From a virus (lineage: Duplodnaviria; Caudoviricetes), in the IMG/VR virus record IMGVR_UViG_3300027672_001796: a stretch of 64,000 nt of DNA, one strand, 5' to 3'. Below are positions 60,151-64,000 of this stretch, in pieces. The stretch's first letter is position 1, and each line of letters opens with the position of its first letter. Both the position numbers and the translations under genes were made by a program. The notes beneath the pieces were generated by a model. That model was given only the letters and a program-made list of their open reading frames with translations, did no database searches and had not been told where the DNA came from.

Positions 60151-60310
60151 GATATCGCATTAATTAACTAATTAGAAACTTTCTAACAAGAACTGAAATG
60201 AATGTAATGAATGAAGTTAGTAGTTGGAAAAGATACGAAGTATCTAAAAAGCTAATTGTAATTAATTGTAACAAACATATATAAACAGTTCTAGAACTTA
60301 TCCAATTAAG

Positions 60311-60317
60311 ATAAATA
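60311..60317 (+). promoter_or_regulatory. Possible late promoter ATAAATA upstream of the monooxygenase
   Basis: Motif match 78 nt before the ATG, but in an AT-rich context. Confidence 0.4.
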
Positions 60318-60395
60318 TATGTAAGAATATAACATAAGGTTATATTAGTATTAGAGCACTCGCTCGTAGTTGATACGCAATCCAAAGGAAAAAAC

Positions 60396-61673
60396 ATGTA
60401 CAAGTATATACTCACGGCTTTTTTAGTCACTGTGTCTACATCATCATGGGCAACAGACTATGTGTCAGGCGTTGCTGATATTATTAATAACAATTGTGTA
60501 GTATGCCATAGAGCAGGTGGCATAGGACCAATGAGTTTTGAAACGTACGAACAAGTTAGACCATGGGCTCCTCTTATAAGTTATAAAGTAATGACAAGAG
60601 AGATGCCTCCATACGCATACGATCATGGAATTGGCATACAAGACTTGCAAGGAGATTGGCGTCTATCTCAAATGGATATAGACACAATTGTGGAATGGGT
60701 AGATAAAGGAAGCCTACGAGGTGATCCTGACATAACGGTGCAGACAGCACAACTACCAGATCCAGAAGCATGGAGTTTCACTGAGCAGTTTGGCTTACCC
60801 GATACAGTTATACCCAGTGTAGCAATAGACATTCCTGCAAGTGGTAACGACTTATGGCATAAGCATTTAGTTCCGACTGGACTAACAGAGGATCGTTGCA
60901 TAAAAGCAGTACAAGTTAAGCCACGTGGCGAAGCTAAAGCAGTAGTACATCACGCCAACAGTAGTATTATAACTGAGAGCGGTAACCAGGGCATGTTAAC
61001 AGAATATGCAATGGGTAAATGGGGTGAGATAGTACCAGAGGGTGTGTGCAGGACTATTCCAGCAAATGCAGAAGTAAGTTGGGACATTCATATGTACCCA
61101 GGTGGATTAGGCGCAATGGCTCCTGGGAGTGTAATCAAAGACAATGTAGTAGAGATAGGACTTTGGCTATACTCACAAGAAGAAAGTGAAACATTAAAGT
61201 ATAAGCAAGACTTATCGTTGTATCGCTTAGGTGACCAAGACGATATAGTTATTGCTCCGAACGGTTATCACATGACACAAGGCTTCCACAGTTTTGACCA
61301 TCCTGTGAGATTAGACAGTTTTCAACCACACGGGCATTTAAGAATGAATGCCGCAAGTTTGGAAATATTCTATCCTATCACAGGCAAAACAGAACAAATT
61401 AGCCAAGTATCAAATTGGAGTGCAACATGGCATCACAGTCATTTATATGCTCCAGATGTAGCACCGCTAATTCCAGCTGGTGCAGTTATTGTATTGAAAC
61501 AATGGTACGACAACACATCAGATAACCCAAACAACCCAGACTCTGATATGTGGGTAATGGGCGGTAGTAGAACAGGGGACGAAATGACCCACGCCTGGTT
61601 AGCTATAACACACTTAGACGAAGAAGGATACACATCACTATTAGACAAACGGAGAGAAAACGGTGCTGACTAA
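60396..61673 (+). CDS. Secreted cytochrome c-fused copper type II (PHM/DBH-like) monooxygenase
   Basis: Signal peptide, CVVCH heme motif, and HH (VVHHAN), H (WDIHM), HxH (PHGH) and M (GDEM) copper ligands. Confidence 0.82.
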   Translation: MYKYILTAFLVTVSTSSWATDYVSGVADIINNNCVVCHRAGGIGPMSFETYEQVRPWAPLISYKVMTREMPPYAYDHGIGIQDLQGDWRLSQMDIDTIVEWVDKGSLRGDPDITVQTAQLPDPEAWSFTEQFGLPDTVIPSVAIDIPASGNDLWHKHLVPTGLTEDRCIKAVQVKPRGEAKAVVHHANSSIITESGNQGMLTEYAMGKWGEIVPEGVCRTIPANAEVSWDIHMYPGGLGAMAPGSVIKDNVVEIGLWLYSQEESETLKYKQDLSLYRLGDQDDIVIAPNGYHMTQGFHSFDHPVRLDSFQPHGHLRMNAASLEIFYPITGKTEQISQVSNWSATWHHSHLYAPDVAPLIPAGAVIVLKQWYDNTSDNPNNPDSDMWVMGGSRTGDEMTHAWLAITHLDEEGYTSLLDKRRENGAD

Positions 61674-61857
61674 AATAGCAAAAACTTTAATACTAGTAGT
61701 AACTTTAACGGCATGTAGTAGTGTGCCGTTAAAGTTTTCAATAAATCAACAATCACAGTTTGATTACATGCCAGATCCAATAACATGGAATAGGAACATC
61801 TTCACTTGTAGAGCTCAGCCACAATGTAATGCGGCTGATTTGTTTAACAGGTTTTGA
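61663..61857 (+). CDS. Small lipoprotein (64 aa)
   Basis: Basic N-terminus, hydrophobic stretch and lipobox LTAC. Confidence 0.7.
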   Translation: MLTKIAKTLILVVTLTACSSVPLKFSINQQSQFDYMPDPITWNRNIFTCRAQPQCNAADLFNRF

Positions 61858-61955
61858 TGACTTATGGAATTATGATGTCGCTATGTATTTTTATTAACAT
61901 TGCGGTATATGTAATGATAGGCATGTATTTTGAAGGACATGAAGCTTTTAATTAA
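61857..61955 (+). CDS. Tiny single-TM protein (32 aa; not in the ORF track)
   Basis: MTYGIMMSLCIFINIAVYVMIGMYFEGHEAFN*; TGATG coupling to the lipoprotein gene. Confidence 0.45.
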   Translation: MTYGIMMSLCIFINIAVYVMIGMYFEGHEAFN

Positions 61956-62502
61956 TTATGGTATTTAAATATGCTACGGTATCGAAATAGTTCATCCGTA
62001 AATTAATTGAAAACATTTTAGAACTTACATCGATATCTCTGTGGTCACATCCATGTGATAGTTGTACATTTAATGCCATGACTTGACCTGGCATAATATA
62101 CTTAGATTCATTTTCCTTCCCATGCGTTATATAGATAGGGTGATCCTCTAGATTGAATAACATATTGCACTTACGAGTAAATGGATTGCCCCAACCTAAC
62201 AGATAGTCATTATGATTTATAACATGTTCGTTTGCAGGAACAGTTTCAAATCCAATACTATGCTCCGCTAACACTTGTATAGGACTTAACAGTTCTTTAA
62301 CTTTTTCCAAACACGATAAATCTGAAAGCATTAGTATGTCTTGTACTATGTCTGTACGATCTGGATCCTTGTGCATGTAGTATTTGCTTTCGGGTATAGT
62401 GTTAACAACTTCCTGCTCTAGTTCTAGTATTGCAGGTATGTCTAATTTAAAATTATATACGGTGCTGAACTTACTCATTGATGTTGTCTCTCTAGTGTAC
62501 AT
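61948..62502 (-). CDS. Cupin/2OG-Fe(II) oxygenase-like protein (184 aa)
   Basis: HND...H pattern (VINHND, LSHGC); late motif ATAAATA 6 nt before the ATG (62509-62515). Confidence 0.55.
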   Translation of the reverse strand: MYTRETTSMSKFSTVYNFKLDIPAILELEQEVVNTIPESKYYMHKDPDRTDIVQDILMLSDLSCLEKVKELLSPIQVLAEHSIGFETVPANEHVINHNDYLLGWGNPFTRKCNMLFNLEDHPIYITHGKENESKYIMPGQVMALNVQLSHGCDHRDIDVSSKMFSINLRMNYFDTVAYLNTIIN

Positions 62503-62578
62503 TAACTGTATTTATATGCACGGAGACTAGCTATTACCGATTTTTTAGTAAAAGTTACCAGAAAAACTGGTAAAAAAC

Positions 62579-62607
62579 TTGACATAGAAGCAGTTTCCTA
62601 GTATAAT
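62579..62607 (+). promoter_or_regulatory. Perfect sigma70 promoter TTGACA-17bp-TATAAT
   Basis: Exact consensus, with the inverted repeat TTACCAG-AAAAA-CTGGTAA (62555-62573) just upstream. Confidence 0.88.
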
Positions 62608-62638
62608 ATACACTTAGTTTAGCAAAAAGGATAACACT

Positions 62639-62956
62639 ATGATAGAGATACTACAAGAAGTAACTGACTGGGGCAAGTACTCTGTTAACAATGGGATTTA
62701 CCATGTTAATGGTGCTGGGCAACTAGTTGCATACAAGCCATCCGAAACTGCTGAACTTAAAACGTTTAAGAATCCGTTAAAGCAGTTTAGCAAAAGCAGA
62801 CGTAAGTTTGTTAAGTTAGGTGAGGCAGACGAGCAATTAGCAGATGATGTTGTTGTTGTTCAAGGCAGTAACGGTAAGACTTACACGATACAGGACGGTA
62901 AATGTAGTTGTCCTGGCTACACATATAGGGGAAATTGTAAACATGTTAACAAATAA
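62639..62956 (+). CDS. SWIM zinc-finger protein (early gene)
   Basis: CSCPGYTYRGNCKH; AAGGA RBS. Confidence 0.8.
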   Translation: MIEILQEVTDWGKYSVNNGIYHVNGAGQLVAYKPSETAELKTFKNPLKQFSKSRRKFVKLGEADEQLADDVVVVQGSNGKTYTIQDGKCSCPGYTYRGNCKHVNK

Positions 62957-62972
62957 AAAGGGGAATACGCAA

Positions 62973-64000
62973 ATGATTAATTTCTGTGCAATACTTTTAT
63001 CATTAGGCTTAGGTGCATGTGCAAGTGGCGGCGGCAGTACAACTGCACCCACCCCAACTGTAGTAACACCTCCAACAACGGTTACTACATCACCTGACAA
63101 GCGAATACAGTTTGAGACTTTTTCAGATAACTTTGAAAATACTAATAGTGCGTTAGGTTATAACAATGTGTCTTATGGTGTAGGCGATTATAATGATACA
63201 ACTTGGGTTAACGGCAAATACACTGTTGAAGACTTTGCATTTTTGCAAGTTACTATTAATGGTAGTCACGGCGGCAAAGACTTAAACAATCCAGACTCAG
63301 ACGAATATACAGGTCCAGGTGCTTGGATGACCAATGCAAGTTATGTTATAGAAAATGATATCAACCAAGATGGACATAACGACTTTGTTGTGTGGGTACA
63401 AACATTCGGTGACCGAAATACGATACCTGGCACACGAGCATTACAATTTATTAATGACGGCGAAGGACACTTTGCATTAGATTGTAGTGTGTTTGATAAC
63501 GGAGTATGTCCGTTAGTGTATGGACAAGATTCGACTATGACTAACATGGGTTGGTATAACGGAGAAGATGCGCCTGTACAAGAATACAACATGGGTATTG
63601 CACACCAATACGATTTAAACGGCGACGGTAATAAAGACTTGTTTAACACAGGTAACTTGTGGTTAACTGATAATGGCAAATTTATAAAGTCGCATGATAA
63701 CTTGCCAGACTTTATGCTTTCAAACAAAAATAAAGATGGGGTCGAAGTTGGATTGATGGTTCATGACCATGCTGTAGGTGATTTAAATGGAGACGGCTTT
63801 AATGACATCTTTATGCCTAACACAATACCCGTTGCTGATATGGGTACGAACGGTGGGAACGGATACAAGTTCTTTATGCTAAATGACGGATCAGGTAACT
63901 TTAAAGACACTAGGTTCAAAGTAGGTCATGATACTCACTTTGCGACATCTACAACAATAGCAGATTTTGATGGTGACGGTTTTGGAGATATTGCACTAGG
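62973..64000 (+). CDS. FG-GAP/VCBS-repeat lipoprotein (partial, runs off the window end; not in the ORF track)
   Basis: Hand translation gives MINFCAILLSLGLGAC (lipobox), a Pro/Thr linker and four DxxxDGxxD repeats (DINQDGHND, DLNGDGNKD, DLNGDGFND, DFDGDGFGD). Confidence 0.82.
   Translation, partial: MINFCAILLSLGLGACASGGGSTTAPTPTVVTPPTTVTTSPDKRIQFETFSDNFENTNSALGYNNVSYGVGDYNDTTWVNGKYTVEDFAFLQVTINGSHGGKDLNNPDSDEYTGPGAWMTNASYVIENDINQDGHNDFVVWVQTFGDRNTIPGTRALQFINDGEGHFALDCSVFDNGVCPLVYGQDSTMTNMGWYNGEDAPVQEYNMGIAHQYDLNGDGNKDLFNTGNLWLTDNGKFIKSHDNLPDFMLSNKNKDGVEVGLMVHDHAVGDLNGDGFNDIFMPNTIPVADMGTNGGNGYKFFMLNDGSGNFKDTRFKVGHDTHFATSTTIADFDGDGFGDIAL

Noticed and set aside
59736-60395. tRNA, tmRNA, RNase P or group I/II intron in the intergenic region
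   Set aside because: No cloverleaf with TTC loop, no tmRNA 5' end, no RNase P core and no intron P7 or domain V motif found by eye.
60164-60430. 88-aa minus-strand ORF in the ORF track
   Set aside because: AT-rich, no RBS, overlaps the monooxygenase start antisense, and has an atypical composition.
392-63727. Many short ORFs antisense to or nested in long genes (e.g. 392..670, 15907..16470, 31512..32081, 63341..63727)
   Set aside because: Shadow ORFs of well-supported opposite-strand genes, with no motifs.
1-64000. Stop-codon reassignment, as seen in some jumbo phages
   Set aside because: Genes are intact and tightly packed in code 11, and TAG, TAA and TGA all end genes.

Overview
A 64-kb segment of an AT-rich, T4-related (likely jumbo) tailed phage genome, read in the standard genetic code. 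Positions 1-55.5 kb are almost all on the minus strand and hold two blocks. (i) A ~24-kb biosynthetic locus (1-23.9 kb): six radical SAM paralogues with an N-terminal twitch-like Fe-S domain, metK, five probable glycosyltransferases of three types, a phosphomannomutase, an NDP-sugar dehydrogenase, a PLP enzyme, a 2OG-Fe(II) oxygenase, SDRs, a fatty-acid desaturase and an SCP2 lipid carrier. (ii) A tail/baseplate module (23.9-55.5 kb) with a 5532-aa giant virion protein and gp6-, gp25-, gp5- and gp53-like genes, interrupted by a small inverted early island. After the strand switch at ~55.55 kb come a gp55-like late sigma factor, gp47/gp46 (Mre11/Rad50-like), a GIY-YIG nuclease, a ~650-bp intergenic region with dense predicted RNA structure, a secreted cytochrome c-Cu monooxygenase and envelope lipoproteins. 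Sigma70-type promoters and a late motif, (A/G)TAAATA, are visible; the late motif often sits 5-6 nt before an ATG. The best candidates for undescribed biology are the late-expressed radical SAM/glyco/lipid pathway next to the baseplate genes and the structured non-coding element after the GIY-YIG gene. All calls come from motif reading by eye; no database searches were run.
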